The notes below the pieces were generated by a model. The model worked only from the letters and a program-made list of their open reading frames with translations, did no database searches and had not been told where the DNA came from. This document shows positions 27,811 through 37,356 of a stretch of 60,800 nucleotides of DNA, piece by piece. Made by a program: the position numbers and the translations under genes. Position 1 is the first letter of the stretch. Each line of letters begins with the position of its first letter. Source of the DNA: an uncultured Lentisphaerales bacterium (GTDB lineage Bacteria > Verrucomicrobiota > Kiritimatiellia > RFP12 > JAAYLN01); the NCBI GenBank assembly GCA_964542285.1, contig CAZIUM010000002.1, forward strand, positions 1 through 60,800, given 5' to 3'.

Positions 27811-29160
27811 ATGGGCATGAACGTTGCCACGCCCATGCTTACCCGACGTGAGTTTGTCAGGCTGTCGGCGCTTTCGGGCGCCGCGGCGGCCGTAACGGGT
27901 TGCGCGACCAATCCGGTGACCGGTCGCAGTCAGTTTATGCTGATTTCGGAATCGAGCGAAATCAAGCTCGATCGGGACACCTCACCCAAGCAGTTTTCGA
28001 CCGATTATGGGGTGGTGCGCGACGAAGGCCTGAACCAGTACCTGTCATCGGTCGGCGGAGAACTGGCGCGACACACCCATCGTCCCCACATGCCTTACAG
28101 TTTCAATCCCGTCAATGCCGTGTACTGCAATGCCTATGCTTTTCCCGGTGGTTCGATCGCGGTGACTCGCGGCATGCTGGCCGAGCTGGAGGACGAGGCG
28201 CAGCTTGCGGCGTTGCTGGGGCACGAACTGGCGCATGTCAACTACCGGCACACCGCCGTGCAGATGAGCCAGGGACTGCTGCTGCAACTGGCGATCGCCG
28301 GCGCCGGCATCTACCTGGGCATGCGCGACCAGGAACGCTATGCCGATTTGCTCACCAGCATGGGCGGCCTGGGCGCGGCCATGTACCTGGCCAAGTACAG
28401 TCGCGAACACGAACGCGAAGCCGATCGCACCGGCATGGACTACATGGCCCGCGCCGGCTACGATCCCGGCGGCATGGTGGACCTGATGAACCTGCTGTTA
28501 AGCCTTTCCGAAGGGAAAAATGCCGGAGCGATCGAAACCTTGTTCGCCACCCACCCCATGGGCAGCGAACGGCTCAACAGCGCCAGTCACCGGCTGGCGG
28601 TGGCCTTCCCGCCGGCGGACCTGCCGCACCGGCGCAATCGCAACGAATACCGCGCCGCGGCCGGCCCCATCCTGAAGCATCGGGAGGATATCCGTTTGCT
28701 CCAACATGGCGCGGAAGCCCTGCAAGACGGCAACCTCGACGAAGCACGTGCCAGCATTGAAAACGGCTTGTCGAGAATGCCGGACGATTACGCCGGGCTG
28801 CTGCTGCTGGCGCGCGTGGCCCAGGCGCAAAATCGCGCCGGAGAGTCCGAAAAACTGGCCCGCCGCGCCGCCGCGGTGTATCCCGGAGAGGCGCAATCGC
28901 AAGCGGTTCTTTCGCGAAGCCTGTTTGCGCAGCGCAAGTTCGAAGCCTCCCTGGCGGTCTTGAAGCGTTATGACGGATTGCTTCCGGGCGATCCGACCGT
29001 GCCGTTTTACGCCGGGTTGTGTCACGAGAGGATGGGCCAACGCGAGGCGGCGGCGGAAAACTATCTGCGCTTCGTCACGATGGCCGGGGCGCAGGGAGCA
29101 CAGCCGCCGGTGAATCATGCCGTGAGTCGCCTTAAGGCCTGGGGAGTGATCCAGCCGTGA
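27811..29160 (+). CDS. M48 family zinc metallopeptidase with C-terminal TPR repeats (BepA-like), predicted lipoprotein
   Basis: The ATG at 27811 gives MGMNVATPMLTRREFVRLSALSGAAAAVTGC (Tat-like RR plus a lipobox Cys). HELAHVNYRH is the HExxH site. The C-terminal half is TPR-like. Confidence 0.75.
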   Translation: MGMNVATPMLTRREFVRLSALSGAAAAVTGCATNPVTGRSQFMLISESSEIKLDRDTSPKQFSTDYGVVRDEGLNQYLSSVGGELARHTHRPHMPYSFNPVNAVYCNAYAFPGGSIAVTRGMLAELEDEAQLAALLGHELAHVNYRHTAVQMSQGLLLQLAIAGAGIYLGMRDQERYADLLTSMGGLGAAMYLAKYSREHEREADRTGMDYMARAGYDPGGMVDLMNLLLSLSEGKNAGAIETLFATHPMGSERLNSASHRLAVAFPPADLPHRRNRNEYRAAAGPILKHREDIRLLQHGAEALQDGNLDEARASIENGLSRMPDDYAGLLLLARVAQAQNRAGESEKLARRAAAVYPGEAQSQAVLSRSLFAQRKFEASLAVLKRYDGLLPGDPTVPFYAGLCHERMGQREAAAENYLRFVTMAGAQGAQPPVNHAVSRLKAWGVIQP

Positions 29161-29585
29161 TCGATTCGCACCACGACAAGCCGGTCATGACCACCTACAA
29201 GCTGGTCATGCCGGAACACCTCAATCAGTTCGGCTTCCTGTTTGGAGGCAACCTGCTCAAGTGGGTCGACGAAACCGGTTGGATGGCCGCCAGCCACGAT
29301 TATCCCGGGCACCGTTTTGTTACGGTCGGACTTGACCGGGTCGAGTTTCGCGAAGGCGCGGGCGGCGGACATATTTTGCGTTTTGACGTGCATTATGAAC
29401 GTTCCGGACAAACCTCCGTGAGCTACCATGTGCATGTCTGCCGGCAGGACCTGGAAACGGGGCGCGACCTGCCCATTTTCACCACCACCATCACGTTTGT
29501 CCGTGTCGACGCGCAGGGCAACAAGCTCCCCCTGGGGGCATCGCGACGCGCAGTTTCCCCGGAGGTCCAGGAGAACCGATCATGA
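29157..29585 (+). CDS. Acyl-CoA thioesterase (hotdog fold, YciA-like)
   Basis: 142 aa. YKLVMPEHLNQFGFLFGGNLLKWVDETGWMAAS is typical of hotdog acyl-CoA thioester hydrolases. GTGA overlap with the upstream gene. Alternative ATG at 29187. Confidence 0.7.
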   Translation: MIDSHHDKPVMTTYKLVMPEHLNQFGFLFGGNLLKWVDETGWMAASHDYPGHRFVTVGLDRVEFREGAGGGHILRFDVHYERSGQTSVSYHVHVCRQDLETGRDLPIFTTTITFVRVDAQGNKLPLGASRRAVSPEVQENRS

Positions 29586-30613
29586 TCATTGTGCTTAAAC
29601 CTCAGGCTACCGAAGAACAGGTGGCATCGGTCCGCGACATGGTGCAGTCGATGCGTTACCAGCCGCGCGTGATTCACGGTGTGGAACGCACGGTGGTCGC
29701 TTGCGTCGGCGATGAAATGAGCAATCGCTCGCTGGAAGTGTTGCGCAACCTGCCGGAAGTCGAAACCGTCATCCCCATTCAGCATCGCTACAAACTCGTA
29801 TCGCGCGAATATCACGCCGAAGATACGATCGTTTCCGTGGCCGGCGTGCCCATCGGCGGCTCCAGGCCGCAGGTGATTGCCGGTCCCTGCGCCATGGAAA
29901 GCCCGGAGCAGTTTCATGCCGCGGTGCGAGACCTCACCAAAGTAGGCGTGCGCTTGATTCGCGCCATGCCCTACAAGCCGCGCACCTCGCCCTATGATTT
30001 CCAGGGACTGCGTGAGGAAGGCCTCGAAATCATGCGCGCCATCAAAAAGGATTTCGAGGTGGGGCTGGTGTCGGAAGTCATGGGCACAAACCAGGTGGAC
30101 ACCCTGGCGGAAGTGACCGATATGCTGCAGATCGGCGCCCGCAACGCGCAAAACTACGATCTGCTCGAATCCGTCGCCACGGCGGGCAAGCCTGTGTTGC
30201 TGAAGCGCGGCATGGCCAGCACGGTCGAGGAATGGCTGGCGGCGGCCGAATACCTGATCGTTAACGGGTGCTCACGGGTGATCTTGTGTGAACGCGGCTC
30301 GCGTTCCTTCGATCCCGCCCTGCGAAACCAGCTCGATTTTGGCGCGGTCGCCATCGCCAAGGCCGGCAGCCACCTGCCGGTGCTGGTGGACCCCAGCCAC
30401 GCAGCCGGTAAACGCGACCTGGTGCTGCCGTTGGCCTGTGCCGCCATCGCGGCCGGCGCCGACGGCTTGATCGTGGAGGCGCACCCCGACCCGCTGAAGG
30501 CCTACAGTGACGCCGCGCAACAACTCGAGAGCGGTCGCTTCGGTGAATTTCTGGAGCGTATCAAGCCCTGGCTGGATGTAGCCGAACAGCAACGACGGAA
30601 TCGCGGCGCATGA
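29582..30613 (+). CDS. 3-deoxy-7-phosphoheptulonate (DAHP) synthase, type I-beta with an N-terminal ferredoxin-like regulatory domain
   Basis: 343 aa. MIIVLKP... regulatory lobe, then IAGPCAMES, GARNAQN, LLKRG and DPSHA blocks of the KDSA/DAHPS I-beta family. Confidence 0.85.
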   Translation: MIIVLKPQATEEQVASVRDMVQSMRYQPRVIHGVERTVVACVGDEMSNRSLEVLRNLPEVETVIPIQHRYKLVSREYHAEDTIVSVAGVPIGGSRPQVIAGPCAMESPEQFHAAVRDLTKVGVRLIRAMPYKPRTSPYDFQGLREEGLEIMRAIKKDFEVGLVSEVMGTNQVDTLAEVTDMLQIGARNAQNYDLLESVATAGKPVLLKRGMASTVEEWLAAAEYLIVNGCSRVILCERGSRSFDPALRNQLDFGAVAIAKAGSHLPVLVDPSHAAGKRDLVLPLACAAIAAGADGLIVEAHPDPLKAYSDAAQQLESGRFGEFLERIKPWLDVAEQQRRNRGA

Positions 30614-31491
30614 CTTCCCCCGCGCCAACCAAATCCCGGGTTGCCTGTCTCGGTCCGTCCGGCACCCATTCGCACGCCGCCTGCCTGCGCTTTTACGGCG
30701 CGGATGCCGCGGCAATATTGTGCGATGGATTCCGGGAGGTTCTTCAGACATTGGAGTCTCCCGGCGCCAGGAGGGCAACCGCCGCGATTCTGCCGGTGGA
30801 AAATTCCATCGAGGGCCCCGTCACGCAAAGTCTCGACCTGCTGGCGGAACATGATCGCCTGGTGGTGACGGAAAGTTTTTGTCTCAAAATCAGTCACTGT
30901 CTTCTGGCGCCGCGCACATGCCGACTGGAGGATATCGAGGTGGTCTTCAGCCATCCTCAGGCCCTGGCACAGACCCGCCGGTGGCTCGAAGCGCATCTGC
31001 CGCAGGCCCGCATCGAGGCGGCCATCAGCACGGCCCAAGCCGCGCACCTGGCGTCCGCAACCCCCAAGGCGGCCGCCGTCGCCGGTCGCCAGGCCGGTCG
31101 CTTGCATGGACTGCGCGCACTGGCCCGAGACATTCAGGACCAAGCGTCCAACACCACCCGGTTTGTGGAGGTTCGCCCCCGAAAGCGGCAGGATGAATCG
31201 CAACGCACCACCACCGACATGGAGCAGCGCGCGCTTTTGCATGTGATTCTGCCCAATCGCCCCGGTGCCCTGCTGCATGCGCTGCAACCTTTCCAGACCG
31301 CCGGTCTCAATCTGTCGTTCATTCAGAGCCGCCCCCTGCCCGGCCGCCCCTGGGAGTATGGGTTCTTCATCGAGGTGCAGGTTTCCGGACGCGAACGGGA
31401 GTTCGTTGCGGTGATCGATTTCCTGCGTGCCTTCATGGAACGGGTGCATCTGTTGGGCTGTTATCGTTTTCATCGACGCCCTTTGACCTGA
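30610..31491 (+). CDS. pheA: Prephenate dehydratase
   Basis: 293 aa. VACLGPSGTHSH, PVENSIEG and TRF in the PDT domain. ACT domain with the SRP motif (IQSRPLPGRPWEYGFFIEV). ATGA overlap with the DAHP synthase gene. Confidence 0.88.
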   Translation: MTSPAPTKSRVACLGPSGTHSHAACLRFYGADAAAILCDGFREVLQTLESPGARRATAAILPVENSIEGPVTQSLDLLAEHDRLVVTESFCLKISHCLLAPRTCRLEDIEVVFSHPQALAQTRRWLEAHLPQARIEAAISTAQAAHLASATPKAAAVAGRQAGRLHGLRALARDIQDQASNTTRFVEVRPRKRQDESQRTTTDMEQRALLHVILPNRPGALLHALQPFQTAGLNLSFIQSRPLPGRPWEYGFFIEVQVSGREREFVAVIDFLRAFMERVHLLGCYRFHRRPLT

Positions 31492-31495
31492 GTTC

Positions 31496-32725
31496 CTACA
31501 CCTCGATCCGGTAGATCAGGGCCTCGGCGGTCCAGTCCAGCGGTTGTTGTCCCGAAGTGTCCTGCCGGGCAAACAAACGGCTCATGTGGAGTCGCAGTGA
31601 CCGGTCGGCGCGGTCTTCCCGCGCGTAGAAATTCGACAAGGTCAGCGTTTCGCCCTCTTCAGGGCGGCGATCGTCCACCACTTTCAAAGAGTGCCGGCGC
31701 AGGCGCCCGGTGACGGTGTCGACCTCTCCCAGCACCAGCGGATAGCGGGGGCGGTTGCCTACGGGATTTTTCTTTACGATGTTGCCCAGCCAGAAGAGGC
31801 GCCCGTCATGCCAGGGAATTAACTGTGAACAGGAGCTGGGCGAAAAGAACCGCTCGCCGTCCTCATAGGTCCAGGGCTCCGGCAAGGTCCAGTGCATGCC
31901 GCCGTCGCATGATCGTGCAACCCACCGGTGTCCGGGCAGGGAGGGGCGTCGGTCATTGCTGCCGCGCATGACCATGATAAGACTGCCGTCCTGTAGTTCG
32001 GCCAGGGTGGGTTCGATCAGGCCTCGGGTGCTCTGCGCCGGATTGCCCCGGACCCGATCGGACACCGTCCAGGACAGGCGGCCGTCCGAACGCCAACGAC
32101 CCATTAACAACAGACAATCGGTGAAGGTGAGCCCTCCGCCTGGATTGTGATACCGTCCGCCGGGACCGACCGGGCTGGACTGCACCGGCATCAGGATGAT
32201 CCCGTCGCGACGGGTCAGGGGACGTTGCCCGAGATCGCCGATCTGCACACAGTTGTGCCCTACCGTCACGCCCGGAAGAGGATGCCGCGCGTCGAATTCC
32301 GCGCCTTCGTGAATGATCGGTTCGGAGATCTTGTTGGTGCGTCCTCCATCTTCCGACACGCTGTAGTGGACCGTCCAGTGTGTCATGCCCTCGAGCGGGT
32401 TGTCCGTCGGCAAAACGCCTTCGGTCCAGAAACTTACATATCGGCCCGTGTTCGGATCGACGAACCCGCCGCGGGGATGACGCCGCCCCACCCCATCGGG
32501 ATGCTCGAAGCGGGTCGGCCAGGCGCGCGGTTCGCTCCAAGTACGTCCATTGTCTTCGGAAAACCGCAGAAATGCGGCATCGACCGTATCGCTGCGGCTG
32601 GACAGGTTGTGAATGCTGATCAGTTCCGGACCTTCCTTGCGCGTGTAATAACTGGATGCAAGCACCGATGTCCCCTTGCCCGGGGATGGAATGAATACTT
32701 CGGATGAAATCGATGTGTCTGACAT
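31496..32725 (-). CDS. BNR/Asp-box repeat protein, sialidase-fold (GH33-like), function unconfirmed
   Basis: 409 aa. One canonical Asp-box SEDNGRTW plus degenerate copies (SEDGGRT, SCDGGMHW). No signal peptide. The N-terminal FIPS lacks the Arg of the sialidase F/Y-R-I-P motif as I recall it. Confidence 0.6.
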   Translation of the reverse strand: MSDTSISSEVFIPSPGKGTSVLASSYYTRKEGPELISIHNLSSRSDTVDAAFLRFSEDNGRTWSEPRAWPTRFEHPDGVGRRHPRGGFVDPNTGRYVSFWTEGVLPTDNPLEGMTHWTVHYSVSEDGGRTNKISEPIIHEGAEFDARHPLPGVTVGHNCVQIGDLGQRPLTRRDGIILMPVQSSPVGPGGRYHNPGGGLTFTDCLLLMGRWRSDGRLSWTVSDRVRGNPAQSTRGLIEPTLAELQDGSLIMVMRGSNDRRPSLPGHRWVARSCDGGMHWTLPEPWTYEDGERFFSPSSCSQLIPWHDGRLFWLGNIVKKNPVGNRPRYPLVLGEVDTVTGRLRRHSLKVVDDRRPEEGETLTLSNFYAREDRADRSLRLHMSRLFARQDTSGQQPLDWTAEALIYRIEV

Positions 32726-32841
32726 GTTTTGTCCTTAATCAGTCCAACTTGTTTGCCGCGCGTCAATGTGCTTTACTGATGCCGCAAGCCCTTTCTTACC
32801 ATTCATACGCCACGGGCCTGGGAGTCGTCAAGGGGTTCAAT

Positions 32842-35406
32842 ATGTTACAAAACAAAATTCCATGTAAAACACGCGTAATCTGTCTTTATGCGGCCATGGT
32901 ATCCGCGACGGTTGGGTTGCGATCCTTCGGCATGGGGCGCCCGGTTGCGATCGCCGAAAAGGGTGTCGTGAAGCTGCCGGTCATCGTGGGATCCCAAGCC
33001 TCGCCGTCCATCCGCGAGTCCGCGGAAACCCTGGTCGCCATGTTGTCGCGCATGACCGGTGGGGAAGGAACGCCCCCCAGGGATGGGGATGGACGTACGG
33101 GACTGGTGGTGGGGAGACCACAAGATTTTACGGCGCTGCCCTTCGAGATCGACTTTGCGGAGGGCCCCTTCGAACGCGAAAAATATCTGTTACGATCCGG
33201 TCCCGATGGACTCTGGTTGCTGGGGGCTACGGACCTGGCCGTGCAACATGCCGTCTGGGACCTGTTGTACCGCCTCGGCTACCGGCAGTATTTTCCCGGC
33301 GAGGTCTGGGAGTGCGTGCCGCGCAAGCCCGATCTCCAACTTGCGGTAGACCGCGTCGAGAACCCCGATTTCTATTCCCGTCGCATCTGGTACAACTGGG
33401 GCATGCGCTGGGGATACAACGTGCAACCGTATCGTGACTGGTGTGCGCGCAACCGCATGGCGCAGGGGTTCAAACTAAACAGCGGGCATGCCTATGGCGG
33501 TATTCGCGGCGCCAACCGCCAGGCCTTTAACGAGCATCCGGAATATTATGCCCTGGTCGAAGGCGAACGCCGCGACCGCGGCGGCAACAGCAAGTTCTGC
33601 ATTGCCAATCCCGGATTGCGTCAATTGGTGGTCGAACATGCCTGCCGAGTTTTTGAGCAACATCCCGAGCGCGACAGCATCTCGATGGACCCCAGCGATG
33701 GCGGCGGCTGGTGCGAATGCGAGGATTGCGTCGCCATGGGCTCGGTCAGCGATCGCGTGCTGACGCTGGCCAACGAGGTGGCCGAAGCCATTAACCAAAT
33801 GGGATTGGGCCCCAAGTATGTCGGAATGTATGCCTACAACCAGCATTCTCCCCCCCCGTCGATCAACGTGCATCCGAAGGTCATCGTATCGGTGGCCACC
33901 TCCTTTCTGCGCGGAGGCTACACCCTGGATCAAATCATCGAAGGCTGGCGCGAGCGCGGAGCCACGTTGGGCATCTACGATTATTTCAGCGTGATTGCCT
34001 GGGACTGGAACCTGCCACGGCGCGCCCGGGCGGCCCGACCGACCTACATCCGCGACAGCCTGCTTAAATTTCATGCCAACGGCGCACGTTTTCACGATGC
34101 CGAATCCGGTGATGCCTGGGGGCCTTACGGACTCGGCTATTACATCGCCTCGCGCCTGCTCTGGGACCTGGATGAAAGCAAACGCATGGACGAGTTGATC
34201 GAGGAGTTCATCCGGACGGCCTTCGACTCCGCCGCCGACCCCATGCGTGATTTTTATCGATTGCTGACCGTGGATACGGCTCGTCGTTCCAACGTCGATC
34301 TGGTTGCCAGGATGTATCGACATTTGAACCGGGCCTATGCGTTGGCCGCGGAAGTTCCCGAAGTGTTGCGTCGCCTGGATGACTTGGTCAAGTACACCCG
34401 CTATGTCGAATTGTACGATCGCTTTGCCGAATCCACCGGCGACGCCCGCATTGTCGCGCGCGATGCCGTGGTCAGCCACGCCTATCGCATGCGCGAATCG
34501 ATGATGGTGCATTCCTATGGCTTTTGGGCGCGCACGGTAAAACAGGCGGCGGCACATCAGAAAGATCATCCGCTCAAAGACGAGCGTCCCATTGCCCGCG
34601 ATGAGATCCTGCAATGGGTGCGAGATGGTATCGAGCGGTATCAACCCGTTGAAATGGGCTTCGAGTCCAAGTCTTTCTCCGGAAACCTGAAGCCGATCCC
34701 CACCCCGCGAGAAGCGTCGCAGGCCCCGCGTGGGAATTTTCCCCAGATGGCGCAAGGGCGGCAACGGTTTCACCTGTGGCTTAACGAACCGGGCGTGCTT
34801 GAATTGCCTGTCACGGTGCAAAAGGTGTGGGCCAACCGTCCGCACCAAATTGAATTGTATTCTCCGAAAGAAGTATCGCTGGAACCGGTGGCCGTCAACA
34901 CCGAGGTGCGTCCCGATGGCAAGACGTACCCGGTCCGGCTGACCAGTCCGTATCCCGGTCTGCATCGCCTCGAAATTCGTGACGGAGGAGACTATACGCG
35001 TGTCGAATGGCCCGAAAAGATGCCGGTGGTAATCGAAAGCGGTGCCGACACGGAGGGCGTGGGCAATCATTTCCGCGGCGAATGGACCCTGTTTGTCTAT
35101 GTGCCGCGCGGCACAACGACGATCGGCGGCTGGGCGGCTCGCGTAGCCAACTGGGCTCCCCGGGTTTCCGGCACGTTGATCGACGCCGCCGGCGAAGTCC
35201 GGCATGACTTCGGAGAATCCGGCAATGGTTGGTTTGCCGTGGCGGTGCCCGAGGGACAGGACGGCCGCTTCTGGACCTTCAAGAAAAATCACGGCATCCG
35301 GCAACTGATGACCATTCCCCCTTATTTCGCAAGTTCGCCGCGCGAGATGCTGCTGCCGTCCGAAGTGATCGATAAAGATTTCACCGAAGCCGACGCGAGG
35401 AAATGA
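32842..35406 (+). CDS. DUF4838-like putative glycoside hydrolase / carbohydrate-active protein
   Basis: The ATG at 32842 gives a hydrophobic N-terminus. The central block CIANPGLRQLV...DSISMDPSDGGGWCECEDC resembles what I recall of DUF4838 proteins. The upstream part of the ORF-track entry (from 32704) overlaps the divergent gene. Confidence 0.5.
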   Translation: MLQNKIPCKTRVICLYAAMVSATVGLRSFGMGRPVAIAEKGVVKLPVIVGSQASPSIRESAETLVAMLSRMTGGEGTPPRDGDGRTGLVVGRPQDFTALPFEIDFAEGPFEREKYLLRSGPDGLWLLGATDLAVQHAVWDLLYRLGYRQYFPGEVWECVPRKPDLQLAVDRVENPDFYSRRIWYNWGMRWGYNVQPYRDWCARNRMAQGFKLNSGHAYGGIRGANRQAFNEHPEYYALVEGERRDRGGNSKFCIANPGLRQLVVEHACRVFEQHPERDSISMDPSDGGGWCECEDCVAMGSVSDRVLTLANEVAEAINQMGLGPKYVGMYAYNQHSPPPSINVHPKVIVSVATSFLRGGYTLDQIIEGWRERGATLGIYDYFSVIAWDWNLPRRARAARPTYIRDSLLKFHANGARFHDAESGDAWGPYGLGYYIASRLLWDLDESKRMDELIEEFIRTAFDSAADPMRDFYRLLTVDTARRSNVDLVARMYRHLNRAYALAAEVPEVLRRLDDLVKYTRYVELYDRFAESTGDARIVARDAVVSHAYRMRESMMVHSYGFWARTVKQAAAHQKDHPLKDERPIARDEILQWVRDGIERYQPVEMGFESKSFSGNLKPIPTPREASQAPRGNFPQMAQGRQRFHLWLNEPGVLELPVTVQKVWANRPHQIELYSPKEVSLEPVAVNTEVRPDGKTYPVRLTSPYPGLHRLEIRDGGDYTRVEWPEKMPVVIESGADTEGVGNHFRGEWTLFVYVPRGTTTIGGWAARVANWAPRVSGTLIDAAGEVRHDFGESGNGWFAVAVPEGQDGRFWTFKKNHGIRQLMTIPPYFASSPREMLLPSEVIDKDFTEADARK

Positions 35407-36347
35407 TGGACATGGGAAAAACTACGATCCTGGTCACGGGCGCCTCCGGTCTGCTGGGACGCGCCATCATGCAAAACCTCGCGCAACAGTCCGACATCGT
35501 ACGGACAGGTACGGCTTTTTCGCGTGTTGCCGGGGGCCTCACCTCGCTGGATCTGCGCGATTTCTCCGCCGTCACGAACACCCTCGATGACCTGCGCCCC
35601 GACATGATTGTCCACTGCGCGGCGGAACGCCGCCCGGACGTCAGCGAAAACGACCCCGAAGGCACCCAGCACCTGAATGTGGATGCCACGCGCCACCTGG
35701 CGCAATGGTGCGGCAGGCATGGTGCCTGGATGCTCTACATGTCCACGGATTATGTTTTTGACGATCGGGCCCCGCCCTATGAACCCGACGCCCCCACCCA
35801 TCCCATGAATGCCTACGGACGCTCCAAGCTGGCCGGCGAGCAGGCGGTGTTGAAAACCACGGACAATGCCGCGGTCCTCAGGGTGCCAATCCTCTTCGGC
35901 CCCTGTGAGGATTTGAACGAGTCCGCCATCACCAACACCATTTCCGCCATGCGGCAGGCCTCGGGCGACAAGCCGCTGGTGCTGGACCATTGGGCCACCC
36001 GGTATCCGACCTACACCCCGGACGTGGCGGAAGTGATCCGGCGGATGATCCAGCGCCATCGCGCGGGTCAGCCCATGACCGGCATTTTTCACGGGTCCGG
36101 CGACGAACCCTTCACCAAGTATTCCTTTGCACGGATGGCGGCGGACATGCTTGGAGTCGATCCCGACGCGATCCGCCCGCGTGAAACCCCTACCCCCGGC
36201 GCGCCCCGACCGAGGGACACACGACTCGATACCGCCCGTTTAACAGCCTTGGGAGTCGGCGTCCGCACGCCGGTAGCCACGGCGCTGCGTCATGTGCTGA
36301 CCCACTGCGGACTCCTTGGAAACGGACCGTCCACGCGGAGAATTTGA
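35403..36347 (+). CDS. RmlD-like NAD(P)-dependent sugar reductase/epimerase (dTDP-4-dehydrorhamnose reductase family)
   Basis: 314 aa. ILVTGASGLLGRAI Rossmann motif, YGRSK (YxxxK), length and layout of the RmlD substrate-binding family. ATGA overlap with the upstream gene. Confidence 0.65.
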   Translation: MMDMGKTTILVTGASGLLGRAIMQNLAQQSDIVRTGTAFSRVAGGLTSLDLRDFSAVTNTLDDLRPDMIVHCAAERRPDVSENDPEGTQHLNVDATRHLAQWCGRHGAWMLYMSTDYVFDDRAPPYEPDAPTHPMNAYGRSKLAGEQAVLKTTDNAAVLRVPILFGPCEDLNESAITNTISAMRQASGDKPLVLDHWATRYPTYTPDVAEVIRRMIQRHRAGQPMTGIFHGSGDEPFTKYSFARMAADMLGVDPDAIRPRETPTPGAPRPRDTRLDTARLTALGVGVRTPVATALRHVLTHCGLLGNGPSTRRI

Positions 36348-37356
36348 ACTGAAAACCGAACCGCGACATCTTTTGCTGGTTTCGCCCAACTGGCTGGGCG
36401 ACGCGATCATGGCCCTGCCGGCGTTTCATGCCTGGCGGCAACGGCATCCGGACCCGGTCGTCACCGTGCTTGCCAAGCCCAGGGTCGCCGATTTTTGGGC
36501 TCTCTGCGCCGGTGTGGACACAGTCACCGTGCTCAAGCCGGGACTGTCCGGCACCCACCGGGCGGCCGCCACCCTGAAAGGGGCCGGTTGCGACATGGCC
36601 CTGTTGTTGCCAAATGCCTTCCGTTCCGCCTGGATTGCCTGGCGGGCGGGAATTCCAAAACGTCGCGGGTTCGCCACCCAGGGACGCGGAGCATTGCTGA
36701 CCCGGAAGGTGGAGCGCCGGGGACTGACGGGCCGCCATCAGGTATGTGAAAATTACCGCCTCTTTGGCCTGGAATGCCCCCCTGCCCCTCCGGCGCCGCG
36801 CTTAACCCTGCCCGGCTGGGCATGCGAAAAAGCCCGCCAAATCATGGGGAATATGGGGTCATTCCGTCCCGTCGCCCTCCTGCCAGGGGCGGCGCGAGGT
36901 CCCTCGAAACGCTGGCCCGCGGCCTCGTTTGTGTCGGCGGCGAAGCACCTGGCACAACGCGTGCCGGAGGTGCGCTTTCTTGTCTGCGGCACGTCCTCCG
37001 AAGCGCTGGAATGTGGAGCGGTCTGCAAGGGACTGGGCGGGTTGGCCGTCAACCTCTGCGGCCGGACGCCGTTGCCGGAACTGGCGGCCCTGCTGGCGCA
37101 ATGCCACGCCGTCTGTTGCAACGACAGCGGCGGCATGCACCTGGCCACCGCCACCGGCACACCCGTCGTGGCGATTTTTGGGCTGACGGATCCGGCCAAG
37201 ACCGGACCGCTGGGAGCCGACCACCATGTGATCGCACCGGAAAACGTAACCCCCTCGCGGGCCGTGGCCCGGCGCTCGAAAGCGGCCGTCGAAGCTCTGG
37301 CTTCCATCGAACCGGAGCGGGTCGTCGCCGCCCTGCTGGAGACGCTGCGCCCATGA
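36316..37356 (+). CDS. waaF: ADP-heptose:LPS heptosyltransferase (GT9)
   Basis: 346 aa. LLLVSPNWLGDAIMALPA N-terminal signature and NDSGGMHLA in the C-terminal lobe. TTG start assumed. Confidence 0.8.
   Translation: METDRPRGEFELKTEPRHLLLVSPNWLGDAIMALPAFHAWRQRHPDPVVTVLAKPRVADFWALCAGVDTVTVLKPGLSGTHRAAATLKGAGCDMALLLPNAFRSAWIAWRAGIPKRRGFATQGRGALLTRKVERRGLTGRHQVCENYRLFGLECPPAPPAPRLTLPGWACEKARQIMGNMGSFRPVALLPGAARGPSKRWPAASFVSAAKHLAQRVPEVRFLVCGTSSEALECGAVCKGLGGLAVNLCGRTPLPELAALLAQCHAVCCNDSGGMHLATATGTPVVAIFGLTDPAKTGPLGADHHVIAPENVTPSRAVARRSKAAVEALASIEPERVVAALLETLRP

Noticed and set aside
33475-35304. 609-aa minus-strand ORF
   Set aside because: It is antisense to the DUF4838-like gene. No motifs, and an Arg/Gly/Ala-biased composition.
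36774-37352. 193-codon N-terminal extension of the murJ ORF in the ORF track (start 36774)
   Set aside because: The extension lies wholly inside waaF in another frame and is Arg/Gly/Pro-rich. The canonical MurJ N-terminus begins at the ATG at 37353, which overlaps the waaF stop.
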